A DNA stretch of 64,000 nt, taken from Torpedo marmorata (Eukaryota). The stretch is from contig OZ360219.1 in the NCBI GenBank assembly GCA_977017645.1, positions 158,596,001 to 158,660,000 of the forward strand, written 5' to 3'. The notes below the pieces were generated by a model. It searched no databases, had not been told where the DNA came from, and saw only the letters and a program-made list of their open reading frames with translations. Shown here in pieces: positions 12,801-25,717 of the stretch. The position numbers were made by a program, and so were the translations under genes. Each line of letters opens with the position of its first letter. Position 1 is the first letter of the stretch.

Positions 12801-13233
12801 GGTGGAGTCAGTGACGAACACGGAGAAAGGTTTCACCAGGACATTGCGACCATGGAAAAGCGGTATCAGGGCAACTGGAATCGATTAATGCTGGCCGACT
12901 ATTGTTGGACACTGGCACAAGAGGCATCAGATGCTGAGTACAAATGAAAATCAGCGGCAAAACATTTTTTAGGTCAGTTGAACTAACGCAATGTGCCAGC
13001 ATCATTATGCGATTAAACATGCTAAATTGAATAAAAGTTAATTTAATGTTTCTCCAACTTCCTACGTGATACAGCAAATGTAAAATTATCTTTATGTTCA
13101 GCTTGAAGTTGTCTATCATAATCCACAATTTTCTTTCAGGAAGCAAACCTTTTGAAAAGATTTGTTGTTCAGTGTAACCTCCCTATTTTTTTATTCAATT
13201 TCCCTAGCATAAATGAGAGCATTCTAAAGATAT

Positions 13234-13351
13234 AGGTAAAAGTGCCATTATTGTCTTGTAATACTACATTTAGAATGTAACATACATGAAATTCTTTAAT
13301 TTTTGTCTACGGTAAGGCAGACAGAGGGTCGCTACTTTGTCCAGCGCCCCT
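13234..13351 (-). mobile_element. 3' half of the 5S-derived SINE
   Basis: Near-identical to 63431-63550. Confidence 0.8.
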
Positions 13352-14373
13352 GTTATTCTGTTAGCTTTCCTCACTGTTTGCTGTAGCTGCATAACAGCCT
13401 TTGCCAATCATGCACCAGCATACTGAGCCCTGAGATCTCTCACTATTTAGATAACATGCTTCATTTTTATTCAGAACATATCTGATTAAAGAAATACAAG
13501 AAACAAACAGAAAAAATAATGCTTTAATGATTTATTTCAAAATCTGCCTCATTGATTTTCTGAAATCACTACGTTTGCAGATGTGTAGACTCAATGTTTC
13601 AAGCCAGATATGCTATTCAGTGGTAATGATCTAATATACCATTAAAACCTCTTGATTACATGGAAACTACCGTACCCACTGGAACGTGGCCATCATCTGT
13701 GGTTGAGCATATAAACATAAGCCTTCTGACAAAAATCTCCATGCACACAGAATCACCTTGGAAACTTGCGCATGTATACTCAAAGTTAGATGCTTGGCAG
13801 TGCATGTACTTGTTGGAAGCTGCACCCTGACATCTATCATTACCACCATGCTCACCTATAGGACAGTTCAATGACAAAAAACAACATATTATTCTCAGTG
13901 CAAGATGCATCTTATTAGTTGCTTTCTGGTTCATGTTGCCCTGTCTTTATTTTAGTAATTGGAGATCCTCTTCACATTGCTTGGTATTTGCATGTACCTC
14001 ATTAACATTTATCAGCCCTCTTCTGACATCTGTGTTGACCTCACAGTAAGGAACAACCCTTTTTAATATTGTAGGTGTGTTCTGCAGCTTAGTAATTAGA
14101 GTGCAGAATATAGAACAAGGATTGTGAAGACATTTCTGAATAGGTCATCAAGGCTCTCTGATAGCTGCACTGAGTGAAAAAGATCAGCCGACCAGGTAAA
14201 ATACACATTTTCCAACATGCTGTTTTTCTGATCACCCTAAAATAATACCTTTGCAAACTGAGAAGAATAAATGTTTTTTTGCAAAATGAAAAGAATTTAA
14301 TAGCCACAAATTTTCTCCTTAATTCCAGCAGGAACCACCAGCAAAGGGCAAGGAATCAATTGCATTGGAATCA

Positions 14374-15220
14374 TTCAAGATTCAAGATTCAATTTATTGT
14401 CATAGTAATAAGACAGTGTCATATTCCATGAAATTTCTTTTTGCCTGCTGCAAGGCAGACAGAATCGCCACTGGCAGAAATTGCCTAAGCGCCTCTAACA
14501 TTCCTTACAGTCAGAGAAAGAGAAGCAAAAGAGAGTCCCCCCAGAGTCACCGAGTGTCCGTAGATTTGCCTCCAGCGCATCCGCAGCCTCCGCAGCCACA
14601 CAGAGTGTAGTCCAAACCATCGACAACCCAAGCTCCAGATCCGAACCTCCGACATGGTCAGGAACCCTTCGGCTCCCTCGGCACCCCCGCGCATCCCGGT
14701 TCCGATCCCTGGTACTCCTCCAGCCAGTTCGAGCCAGTCTCCAGCAGTCCGCAGCCCAGCGCGAGTCTCCTGACAGCAGTCTCCAGCAGCCCTCAGCCTC
14801 TGCGGGTTCCTCGCCTCGAGTCGCCATCAGCCCGCCGCATGCACTGGTCCTTTAGCCTCAGAGCCCCTCACTTGTCCGCCGCCGTGGTCACCTTCCCGTG
14901 GGTCGTCTCCTCCGCTTCTCCTTCTCAGACGGGGGGGGGGTGGGGGGTGATCTTTCCGTCCTCTGGTGCCCTGCTCCAGTCCTCCGCTTCCCCGGAGTCT
15001 GCAGCCTCTCGTGGCTGCTGCCGATTAATAGGTGCTGCCATCTTGGGCGCAGACCCTGCGGTTGCGGAATCTCAAATAAAACCACCGTCGGCTCCCTCAA
15101 CGGGGCGTTCAAAGCCCGTGCGGAGCTTTTGGCAGTTGACTGGGCGGCTGGACCCCACGGGAGCACTGCATCTCCGCTCCCTCGCTCCCCGCAGGACCGC
15201 ACCAGCGGCAGCGCTGCCAT
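14374..15220 (-). mobile_element. GC-rich non-autonomous retroelement with Rex1-type tail (copy B)
   Basis: One of three homologous copies; AATAAA plus (TGAATCT)n tail; CAAGATGGC motif in the 5' part. Confidence 0.8.
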
Positions 15221-15326
15221 GCATTGTGCGTTCCCAATCTTCTTTGAAAGTGATTCTACCTTTTCCTGTCTCTTATAAGGTCAGCAATGCCAAGGCTTGG
15301 GTTAGGAGACAGCCCTCTATTTTCAG

Positions 15327-15558
15327 GTTCAAAATCAATTCTTACCTCTTCTCTTATCATATCCAATTAACACCTTTTGTTGGTCTGCACTCCTCCCCCA
15401 GCCAACTTTGTCTTTATTCTGAACCTTCCTGTTTTCTACTTATTCTTTGCTTATTCCTTGAAGAAGGGCTCAGGCCCGAAATATCGGTAATACATCTTTA
15501 CCTCCTATGAATGCTGCAAGACTGGCTGAGTTCCTCCAGCATTTCTCTGTGTGTTTTA
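15327..15558 (+). mobile_element. Penelope-type pseudo-LTR monomer with minimal hammerhead-like motif
   Basis: TTGAAGA-A-GGGC-TCAG-GCCC-GAAA within 15451-15490; GCTGAGTTCCTCCAGC end; direct repeat CTCTATTTTCAG at 15315-15326 and 15559-15570. Confidence 0.65.
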
Positions 15559-16323
15559 CTCTATTTTCAGATTTCCTATTCTATGGAGCTAGACTTTAGG
15601 GAGTATTAAAAGACAATTAGACCCAAATCAGCCTAACCCTTCAAAATATCTTTATTCCATCTTTCCATGTGTTCAGAATCTCAGGAAACCTATACTCTGC
15701 ATTTTAACAAACCTTACCTGTTAAATCTACAGATATATAATTTTTCAGATTAAAAATAGTCTAACAGTCTTTCCCTCATTGAAAAATAAAACCCATGATC
15801 AATAGTAATTAAACGTTTTGCCACACTGAACAATGTGCCCAAACCTCTTTTGTTTATTTCCTGCATGATTCTGAATATTTCCCTCAATTCCCTCAAAGCC
15901 TCTTCTTTTGCAAAGAACCCTTGGGCCTGAATTGCCACCCTTGGTTTTCCCACGCCTGAAGGTACCTGGTGAGGAGCAAAACAACAATCTGCTGGAGGAA
16001 CTCAGCAGTTCGAGAAGCATCAGTGGCAAAAAAAAGAATGGCCAATGTTTTGAGTTGGAACCCTTCATCAAGAAGTCATGAGTCAAACCTTAGGCATTGG
16101 CCAGTGAAGACCAGTCCAGAACCAAAATCCCTTTAGCATGTTACTTTCACTGCTGCTGGCAAGCCATGTTAAAAGTAGTTGGTGCTGGTATTTATGAAAA
16201 GGACAACATGGTAACACCTCAGCAAGGCAGGAGGAATGGAATTTTGCAAACTATTGGGCCTGAGCAGATCCAGTAGCCAAGCAAATGAACATATCACCAA
16301 TGGGAGGGGTGATACACCAGCTG

Positions 16324-16767
16324 TCGTGGTGGAGAAGCTTGTGTGGTCCTGAGATCCTGAGAGCGATGCCGTCTGGAGCTATGCTCCTGGTAGGGCCACC
16401 CATGGCGGTAAGGTCGAGGGGGAGGTCCCTGACAAAGAACAATCCAACCAAGACCTCAACGGTGGAACAGGCGGACGAAGTTACTCTGAACTCAACGGCT
16501 GTGAAGGCGGATGAAGGCTGCAACAAATCCATCAGCTCCAATCGTCGTGGTTTTCATGCCATTGGAATTAGTTGGTTGATTTGTGAAGTATCGTGTGCTT
16601 CTTGGAGTGCAACATTAAGTACACGTTAAACAAATACGCGCACAGGCATCTTCGCTCTGTGGGCCACTTCCCAAAATTGGACTCATAAGCCACTTGAGAG
16701 CCCATAAATAGAGCAATCGAACAAAGACCATCATCCTCGACCTCGAGGGATAGCCACAACGACGACG
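16324..16767 (+). mobile_element. Bipartite non-autonomous RTE-clade element
   Basis: RTE/Expander-like 5' end (GCTCCTGGTAGGG...GAGGTCCCTGACAAAG); RTE-like 3' end; (ACG)n tail; TSD ACACCAGCTG at 16314-16323 and 16768-16777. Confidence 0.7.
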
Positions 16768-17050
16768 ACACCAGCTGACAAAGTCAAAGCCAAGGACCCA
16801 TGGAACTATTAAGCAGCATATTATGGTGACTTCGATCCAACAATAGTCACCTGGAGGCTAAGTGAGATACTTGTCTTTGACGCGTTTTAATTAATTTACT
16901 AACAAAGTCCAATATGTTCAAAACCTTTATTTACACGTGACTTGCAGTAATCTTCAATGTCTTTAATATAAACAGTTCATGAAATGATGTAAAAACGCTG
17001 TAAAACGACATAAAACGATGTAAAACGGTCAATAAAGATATGGAGACCTC

Positions 17051-17310
17051 ACTCACCCTCCTAACATCTGATTCCTTTCCTTTTCTAAAAGATTCACGCA
17101 TGCTCTGTCCCTAAACCACTGCGCACCCTCCACCGCGCATACTACATTTCCCAGGCTGCCACGCGCACAATGACGTCACTCCACACTGCGCATGCGCCTG
17201 TCGGCACTCCAGCGCATGCGCAGAGCACAGAACAGGCCGACGACGGCCCAACAGACAACGCGAGCGCTCCACAAGCCGACGAGGCGCCGGAGCGCCGCAG
17301 CAAGGTAAGT
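17051..17310. promoter_or_regulatory. CpG-rich bidirectional promoter with two first exons
   Basis: ZNF143 motif ACTACATTTCCCAG at 17141; TGACGTCA at 17171; NRF1 GCGCATGCGC at 17188 and 17212; donor AAG|GTAAGT (+, 17305); donor AGG|GTGAGT (-, 17056). Confidence 0.8.
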
Positions 17311-17653
17311 TAATGAGCCTACGGCTCTTACACAGCAGAAAGTGAGTAATCTAAGGAAAAGCAAGTGCTTTGCATTAGAAGTTGCAAATCTAACCAAACA
17401 ATAATTTTGCACTTTATTTTTTCTTGAGAAGGAAAATTATTAAGAATTTATAAAAATTGAAGAAAATTATTTAACGAATACAACTAAGAGTTTCAGCACC
17501 TTCAAAAAGAGGGATATGTTAAAAAAAGCTTTTCACTCACTCAGTTATGTTAAATTGTTTATCACTTTTGTCTTTGTTGGTGCAGTGGAGGGGGGGCAGC
17601 GGTGGCTTTGTGATTGTCATTTGGTTCAAGTGCATTAAATTTTCATTTTGCAG

Positions 17654-17785
17654 GCAACAGTGAATATTGAAAGAACATTGAACCGACTTTGTTGGGCCTC
17701 AGAATACAAATCTTTTTGAAACATTATTTTTCCAATTAAAAGTAAATATAAATCCATGGATTCCTGTTATAAAACTCTACATTAG
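17654..17785 (+). other. Probable non-coding exon 2 of the plus-strand transcript
   Basis: Acceptor TTTCATTTTGCAG| and donor AG|GTGAGT, ~350 bp downstream of the exon 1 donor. Confidence 0.5.
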
Positions 17786-18142
17786 GTGAGTTCATGATGA
17801 TATTTCTTTGGAGTTGCTACTATACCTATAAAATTGCCAGGTTTCCCTGCAGCTGACAGATTGTTTGAGGCTGCTTTCAATATCCATACTTCCATAAATT
17901 GTAGCAATGACAGATTTTCCTTTACTAATGCCTTCCTCCTTTCATAGAAGATGTGGCAAAGGACCTAACGGAGTCAGACAATTCAAAGCAGTAATCTAAA
18001 TACGAACACCAATAAACATTGATTGGTGGGACCTTTGCACTTTGCACCTTTTCTATCAGGTAGTAAAGAACTGAACAGAACAGAGAGACACAAGAGGAGC
18101 TAAAAGGGTGGAGATGGGACAGAGTCTGTGAAGCTGATACTA

Positions 18143-18727
18143 GCCCCTTTTATAGTGCAAAAAAAGCGACTGTAAAGACAGAACATTTCTGTCTTTAAGT
18201 TGCCTCACTTACCTCCATAAAATGTCCGATGGCAGATTGGCAAGGCGGACTCAGATCTGCCTAGGAAGGTACACACAGAGGTGGAGAGAATCTCTCCACC
18301 TCCTCCATAAAATGAAAGCCACTGAAAACGTCTGCCAAGGGGAGGCTGATCATGATGCGATGATGTCGTCAGCCCGCGACCCAAGCACAAATTTTAAAGC
18401 GCTCAGTGTGTTCAGATACAGGGCAATAGCAACCGCGATTTGTATCTAAAGCATCATTACTCTATTCATATGAGTGATGGCTAAAGGTTTGTGTTCTTTT
18501 GGGTGGGAGGGAATGTCTATATTAATTTTTCACTTGCCGGCGCGTACGTTTGACGTCACTGTGACGGGCGGCACTACTGCACCACTCGACCCGCCTCCCT
18601 CAGCTCCATAAGACGGCTCCCGACTCTGCTCTCCATAAAGGCAACGCTGGATCCGCATTATAGTAAATTAACCTTTTTTTTTTTACCTTGAGCCGGCTTT
18701 AATGCGGGGTTGCACCATAAAAAGGGC
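18143..18727. mobile_element. MITE, probably PIF/Harbinger-like
   Basis: TIRs GCCCCTTTTATAGTGCAA / TTGCACCATAAAAAGGGC; flanks CTA / TAA. Confidence 0.6.
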
Positions 18728-19529
18728 TAAAGACTTACAGGTTATGGAATCTGGTAAGAAAGGAAGGTGAAGAGAGGAACCAGATAAGGGAGGGATGGTG
18801 CCAGATGGGAACAATAGAACAGAATAGACCAACCAGTGTGAGGAGTATGTGGGTGATGCATAGAATGGACATGGTGGGTCAAAGGGTCTGTTTCTCTGTT
18901 GTTTGATTCAATGATTCTACAAAGATAAAGCCAGAACAAAAATCACAAAGCCACCCCAATTAGGGAATAAAACATTTTTTTGGCATTCATATCGAGTCCA
19001 GGTTAAGGAAGAGAATGATGTTTCAGGTGTTCCTCGTCCTGATAAAAAGTTGCAGACAAAATAAATGTTCTAGATTTAACAGTGGCTGCAAAATGATCTG
19101 CAGAGTGCACTCAAATATCCCAGTCTGCAGACCGTTGGAAATTTGAGTTTAGGTTTCATTGTGTTTGAATGGAAATGGAGTTTCTATGGGATACTTCAAA
19201 ATATAAGGGTCAGATCCACAGATGAGATAACCCAGGGTCTACACTCATTTTCCCTGGAGCTTCCAGGCATAAGAACAGTGCCATTGTGACTTCTTGACAC
19301 TCACTTCACCAGCGCACATCCATGGAAATCTTTCCTCAAATGTCATCAGTGAAAACACTGTAATTCATTTATTTTCCCAATGAAACAAGCTTGATAATGA
19401 ATAGAAAGTGATAGGTATATATTTCTATCATATACTTCTATATGTCGGTGCCCAAACAGATCTATGCCAGCCAAGTGAAACTGTACTGATGGAAGGGAAT
19501 TGTGAACTTCTGAGTAGCATTCACAAAGA

Positions 19530-20050
19530 GGGTGGCATGGTTAACATAGCAGTCAGCACAACACTATTACAGCACCAGTGACCCAGGTTTGAATCTTGCA
19601 TGTCTTTTTTATTTAATTTAAATTTAGACATACAGCACGGCAACAGGCCATTTTGGCCCACGAGTCCGTGCCGCCCAATTTACACTCAATTAACCTACAC
19701 CCCCGGTACGTTTCGAACGGTGGGAGGAAACCAGAGCCCCCGGGGAAAACCCACGCAGACACGGGGAGAATGTACCAACTCCTTACAGACAGCGCAGGAT
19801 TCTAACCCCGGTCCCGATCACCAGTGCTGAAAAGGCTTTGCACTAACCGCTATGCCAACTGTGCTGCCCCTATAAAGAGTTTGTACATTATCCCCATGTC
19901 TGCACCCAGTTTCCCCTGGGTGCTCTGGTTTCCTCCCATGTTTCAAAGTTGTATAGTGTTAGAAGTTCAGTTGGTCACATGGATGTATTTAGGCTGTGCG
20001 GGCTCCTGGGCCAGAGGGCATGTTACCATTCTGTATATCTAAATTAAAAA
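19530..20050. mobile_element. V-SINE (+) split by an inverted V-SINE (19603-19870, -)
   Basis: Head at 19530-19598, body resumes at ~19871; inner copy homologous to 10704-10971. Confidence 0.8.
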
Positions 20051-22822
20051 ATAAATTGTCAGCAGGTTTATAGCTCTTTCTAACCACAATCTATCTTCTC
20101 AATTTCATAATTATTTTCTTATACTTATCATGAAGAAGTGATGAACTGTTTCACTTTGTGACAGGTCACCTTCATAAATCCACTTGGATAAAACATCAGC
20201 CACAAAGAAAGATCAGGGAAGTGCAATTAATAGGATTAGAATTGATAGTAAAAGGGCCAAGTTTGCAATTCTGCTGCCAATAAATTAGCAATTATAAATA
20301 GCTTGCTTTTATTGTTAAATCATATTCAAATTCAATTACAATCCTAATGCCCAGCAGAGCAAGCCAGAGAAATAAAGAAACAAAACAATCTGATGCAATC
20401 CTTGTAAGTGTCTGCTGCTATCATTCTTTCAAAACTACCCTTTGCAGGTCAAAACTCACAGTTTATGTTGTGTGAGAAGGAAAACTGCAATGTTGGACAT
20501 TCTGTTCTGCCTTTTCAACCCTATGATTCAGGAGTGATCTTTTAAAATATAGGAACTAGAGTCATACAGCATGGGACCAGGCCCTTCAGCCAAACTTGCC
20601 CACACCAATCAAAATTCCCCACCCATACTTGTCCCACCTACCTGCATTTTGCCCATATTCCTCTAAACATCTCCTATCCGTGTATCCATCCAAAACCTGC
20701 AGCAGCCCGTTCCAAACATTCAACTCCTCTGTGGGATTGAACGTATTGGCAAATATTCCGTTACAATTCACAGGAGGCAAAAGGCACAAGTGTGTATTTA
20801 ATAACTGATTGGAGTTTTTATAGAAGCCCTGAATACACCGTAGGCTTCTGCCTGGTCATGAGCGGAACAGGACTTAACCAACATTTTCAGCAGCAGTGCA
20901 CTCTTCGGTGTCAGGTACAGAAGGAGGTCCTTCAGTCCAGCAAACAGGTTACATGTCAGTCATACAGCATGGAAACAGGCCTCTTGGCCCACTGAATCTG
21001 TTCTGACCCATCAAGGACTTTATCCTACAATGATCCCATTCTATTCTGCCCACATTCTCATCAACTCCCCCCCTACCTCAGATTCTCCCCATCACCTACA
21101 CTCTGAAGAAGCAGGCATTAAACTCAAAATATTGACCATCCATTTCTCTCCATGGATACTGCCTGATTCACTCAGTTCATCCAGCATTTTGTTTTTTTAC
21201 CACATAATAATGATCTGACCTAAATACAGAATCAATAAATATATTTGTGTTTTTCGGTGGTAAGAAACATTCACCCAACATTATTGTATTTCAGGCACAT
21301 CCCAACCCAGTCATGCTAGCTTCCATCAGTTGATTGAATGTGTGGCATCCTACCTTGTAGATTTTTTTAGAAACGTAGCTGTTAATCATCTAGCTTTTGA
21401 AGATGACAGCTTAGAACTTTTCCACTATACATGTATTATAATCAGTCATGTCCTGTGTTGAAAGAGAATAATGCTGTTAGGAGCCTCAAGGTGGTAGAGA
21501 CAACTCACTAAGCCCCCCTACGCTTACATCTAACTGTACGTGTATTGTTGAGAACATTTTCTATGCCACATGATTCCCTCAGTTTATTCCATAATTTAAA
21601 ATGATCAGAGATGCACCATTGAAAGCATTTGTTGTACAATAGCTCAGCTGTGTATGAGTGTGTCATCACTGAAGATTAGTACAGCTGCAAGTCACCTTCA
21701 ACTGTCTACAAATAGAGAGAGGAGAGCACATCATTTCTGTTCCAAGGACCAGTTTGGTGTCCATGTGTTTCTCTTTTATGAAGCTTCTCTTTCTCATTTC
21801 TCTTTCACCCAGTTTAAAATTGAGGACATTTTACAATGGACTTACAATTGACTTCATCAAACCACTGGAGATTAGATTTAACTATCCTCTCCTCAGCCAA
21901 ACAACTCACCCCATTCATGTACTTTCCGGGTATTTAAAATATGATATATTTGATTGTAAACAACATGCCTAATTTTTAAAATTAAGTTATAGCTACCACA
22001 CTTCATCCTTTATTTTTAAAATCAGATAATTTTACAATTGCTACAACCTCTATCACTTAATTTTGATGCATGTGACCATAAGCTTGAATTTGAAGTTGTA
22101 GTCACAGAAGAATATGCACAAACAAATCTTATTTCAAAGGAAATATTGTAGGATAGTCTTGAAAATGAAGCTTTTACAGAAAATGAGCATAACCTAGAAG
22201 TTCCTTCTAAAAAATCTTTATTTGCAATCATAAAATGTGGCTTTAAAGGAAAAGAGGATAAAGCCCAACTTGGGAGAAAATCCATTAACATTAGTATGAA
22301 TGGCAAATGAGGGATAGACTGATTGGCTTAATTACAGAAATGTAAACAGTTTGTGAGCTTGAGGTTGAGTCAACATAACAGCCTAGAAATTGTGCATTGT
22401 AAAAGGGTCATTGCTCACAGTTGAGTTGGTTAGAGGACACCGCTACATATTTTAGTCATGTCCTTTTCACACTTTTGTTCTTAGGATATGGAGAGTGTGA
22501 AGAGAAATCAGGATCTCCCAAGACAATGTGGTCACATTTGCTTGGCAACACTTTAAAATACTATAAAAGTTGCATTCCACTAGGAGTGATGGCATCATAT
22601 CAATGAATAGAACTCATCCAAGGTGCAAGGGTGTACATTAATTGAGTTGCTTGCTGGATTTTCAGAGTGTTATAATACATGCAGAAATAGTCACAACTTT
22701 GTTCAACCTGAAAATACATATCAGACACATAGCAATGAAAAACTAAATCTAAGGCCATGTGTCTGAATTTGTGGGCCTACATGCGATTAAGAACAAAATG
22801 GATATTGCAATCTGAGTTGCAA

Positions 22823-23661
22823 TTCAAGATTCAAGATTCAATTTATTGTCATGTAATAAAAACAGTGTCATATTACACTAAATTGCTTTTGTCTGCTGTA
22901 AGGCAGACAGATTCGCCATCGGCAGAAATTGCCTGAAGTGCCTCTTGCAGTCAGAGAAGGAGAAGCAAAAGAGAGATCCCCCAGAGTCACCGAGAGTCCA
23001 TGGATTCGCCTCCAGCGCTCCCGCAGCCCCTGCAGCCATACAGAGTCCAGTCCAAACCATCGGCCTCTCGAGCTCCACATTTGAACCTCCGAAACCATTA
23101 GGAACCCTTCAACACTCTTGGCACACTCTTGCATCCCGGTTCCGATACCTGGTACCCCTTCAGCCAGTTTTGAGCCAGTCTCCAGCAGTCCGTAGCCTGG
23201 TGCGAGTCCCTTGACCGCAGTATCCATCCTCCGTGGGTTCCTAGCCTCGAGTCACCAGCAGCCCGCTGCCTGTGTGGGTCCTTCACCACAGAACCCCTCA
23301 CTGGTCTGCCGCCATGGTCACCATCCCGTAGGTCGTCTCCTCTGCTTCTCCTTCTCAGTCGGGGGGTGGTCTCCCCATTTTCTGGTGCCCTGCGCCAGTC
23401 CTCTGCTTCCCTGGAGTCTTAAACCCCTCATGGCTGCTGCCGATCATAAGCGCCGCCATCTTGGGTCCAGACCCCGCGGTAGCCGGATTTTAAATAAAAA
23501 TACCGTTGGCTCCTTTAACGGGCTGTTCAAAGCCTGTACGGAGCTGACGGCAGTCAAAATGGGTGGTTGGACCCCGTGGGAGCGCTGTGTCTCCGCTACT
23601 GCTCTCTGTGGATCCGCACCAGTGGCAGTGCTGCCGTTACAGCAGCTTCGGCAGCGCCACC
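22823..23661 (-). mobile_element. GC-rich non-autonomous retroelement (copy C, longest 5' end)
   Basis: Colinear with 14374-15220; same tail type. Confidence 0.8.
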
Positions 23662-23924
23662 AAAATGTTCAAATAGAATGGCAGAACAGATTTAAGTGCT
23701 GAATAGAACCATCTTATTTCTTTAAGAGGGGCTTTCAAATGTGTTAAGACACTCAGAATAGAGATGGTTAGGGAGCAATGTTGTGTCCAAAAACGATGCT
23801 ACTTTGAGAATAGATAATAAGAAGGAAACTGAAAAATACACATTTCTGCCACAAAATAATATTCCAGAATGAAACAAAATGCATGCCGTACTGCCTGTCA
23901 GCAGAACAGAAACATGTTATTGAG

Positions 23925-25130
23925 TCATAGATTTACAGAGTCCTAGGGCTATACAAACCTTCAGACTTATTTGTCCGTGCTGACCAAGTTGCTAATTTGA
24001 GTTTGTCCCATTTGCCTGCATTTGGCCCATATGCCTCTGAATTTTCCCTATACACGTACCTGTTCAAACATAATTCAAATGTCATAATTGCACCTGCCTC
24101 TTTCCAAAGTTTCCTCTGGCAGCTCATTCCACATACGCACCACACTCTGTATATAAACACTGCCCCAGAGGTACTTTATAAATCTTTCCCTTTCACATAA
24201 ATCTACACCTTCTAGTTTTAGACTCCCCTACCATGGGGAAAAGAGTATGACTATTCACCTGATCAATGCTCTTCATTATTTTATATACCTCTATATTAGG
24301 TCACCCCTCAGCCTCCTCTGTTCCAGGGAAAAAAAGCCTTAATCTATCCTGGGGAAAAAAAACCTTAATCTATCCAGAGCAAAAAAGCCTTAACTTATCC
24401 AGCGTCTTCTTAGTCAAGCCTACCAGTCTTGGTAACATCCTCATGAATCCTTTTTGCACCCTTTAGCTTCATGACATCCTTCTTATAGCAGGGGTGTCCA
24501 GAACTACACACAACACTCCAAAGCCTTTTACCAACATCTTGCACAGCAATAACATGATGTCCTAACTCCTGTATTCAATGTTGTGACTGATGAAGGCAAG
24601 CATGCCAAACGCCTTCTTCACCACCCTATCTACCTGTGTCACCCCTTTCAGAAACCATGTCCCTGTTACCCCAAGGTGTCTCTATTCTCGAACATTCTCC
24701 AGGGCCCTATCATTTACTATGTTAGATCTGCCTTGTCTTGACTTACCAAAATATAACATCACACATTTACATGAATTAAACTCCATCTGCCATTCCTCAA
24801 CTCATTTACCCAGTTGATCAAGAACCCATTGTACTTTTACAAAATCTTCTTCACTGTCAAATATACCATCAATTTTAGTGTCATCTGCAAACTTAATAAC
24901 CATTTCACCTACATTCCATCCAACTTGTTAATTCAAATGATGAATTACTGTGGGTTCAGCACCTATCTTTATGGCACACCACTGGTCACAGGCTCCAATC
25001 TGTAAAAACAATACTCCACTATTACATTCTGACTCCTTCCACTAAGCTAATGTTGTGTCCGATTGGCTAACTCACCCCAAGTGATCCAGGCTTCCCAACC
25101 AGCCTACCATATGGTAATCTTGTCAAAGAG
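23925..25130 (-). mobile_element. Degenerate CR1 3' fragment
   Basis: Broken KFADD-region homology near 24880 and CR1-type 3'UTR. Confidence 0.7.
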
Positions 25131-25717
25131 ACTACTGTACTTAATTTCAATGGATTTCGTTTTTCAAAATAAAGGAAATTTTGCACATTCACAGGTTTGT
25201 TCTCAGTTAATAGGGAATAGAGAAAGCAAATTTAGTTGAATCAATAACAGCATTAATAGTGAGTAACACTGAATATCTTTTTCAGCACAAGTTAAGTGAT
25301 TTGAAATAAATGATTTTATTCAATGCCCTGTCCTGTGCATAACACTGTGAAGTTTAACAATTGCACGATAATTAGTTCCTGCAATTAATTAAGAATTTAA
25401 TTTAAAATCTCTGATAATTATATGGCATGATGTTGTAAAACATATAAAATTAAAATTAATATTATATCAATTCAACTGTACTAAATGAGGATAATTGTTC
25501 CTTGTAGATCTGGAAATGCAGCAATGATGCAACCAGAGATATCAGCATTAATTAAAGACTTCTCAATGAATTGAACAGATTTTTCTTGCATCCATGTGCC
25601 AATCTAAGAGTCTTTTGAATATCCCTTTTCTATCAGCCTCCACCATCACCCCAGGCAATGCATTCCAGGCACCCATTACTCTCTGAGTAAAAACAAATGA
25701 ACCTTTGACATCTCCTT

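Larger units (their letters stand above)
11809..13174 (+). mobile_element. Chapaev3-type DNA transposon deletion derivative with nested insertions
   Basis: CACTG...CAGTG termini; TAA TSD; transposase remnant KCNMSLKIHFLYSHLDLFPADL continuing after ~12800. Confidence 0.8.

Noticed and set aside
13656-13934. Exon 2 of the minus-strand gene
   Set aside because: TATAG|GTGAGC at 13855 could be an acceptor or a donor, and no frame gives a recognisable protein
14839-15510. 223-aa ORF and similar ORFs at 12050-12547 and 23211-23702
   Set aside because: Stop-poor frames of the GC-rich repeat; no recognisable domain, and starts and stops differ between copies
16985-17030. ~11-bp repeats (GATGTAAAAC-like) as a CRISPR-like or regulatory array
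   Set aside because: Four degenerate units with no spacers; an ordinary minisatellite
17794-17856. C/D box snoRNA (ATGATGA...CTGA)
   Set aside because: No terminal stem or recognisable guide, and it is too close to the donor site
22022-22306. Coding exon
   Set aside because: In-frame stop on the plus strand; resembles decayed CR1 endonuclease-region sequence
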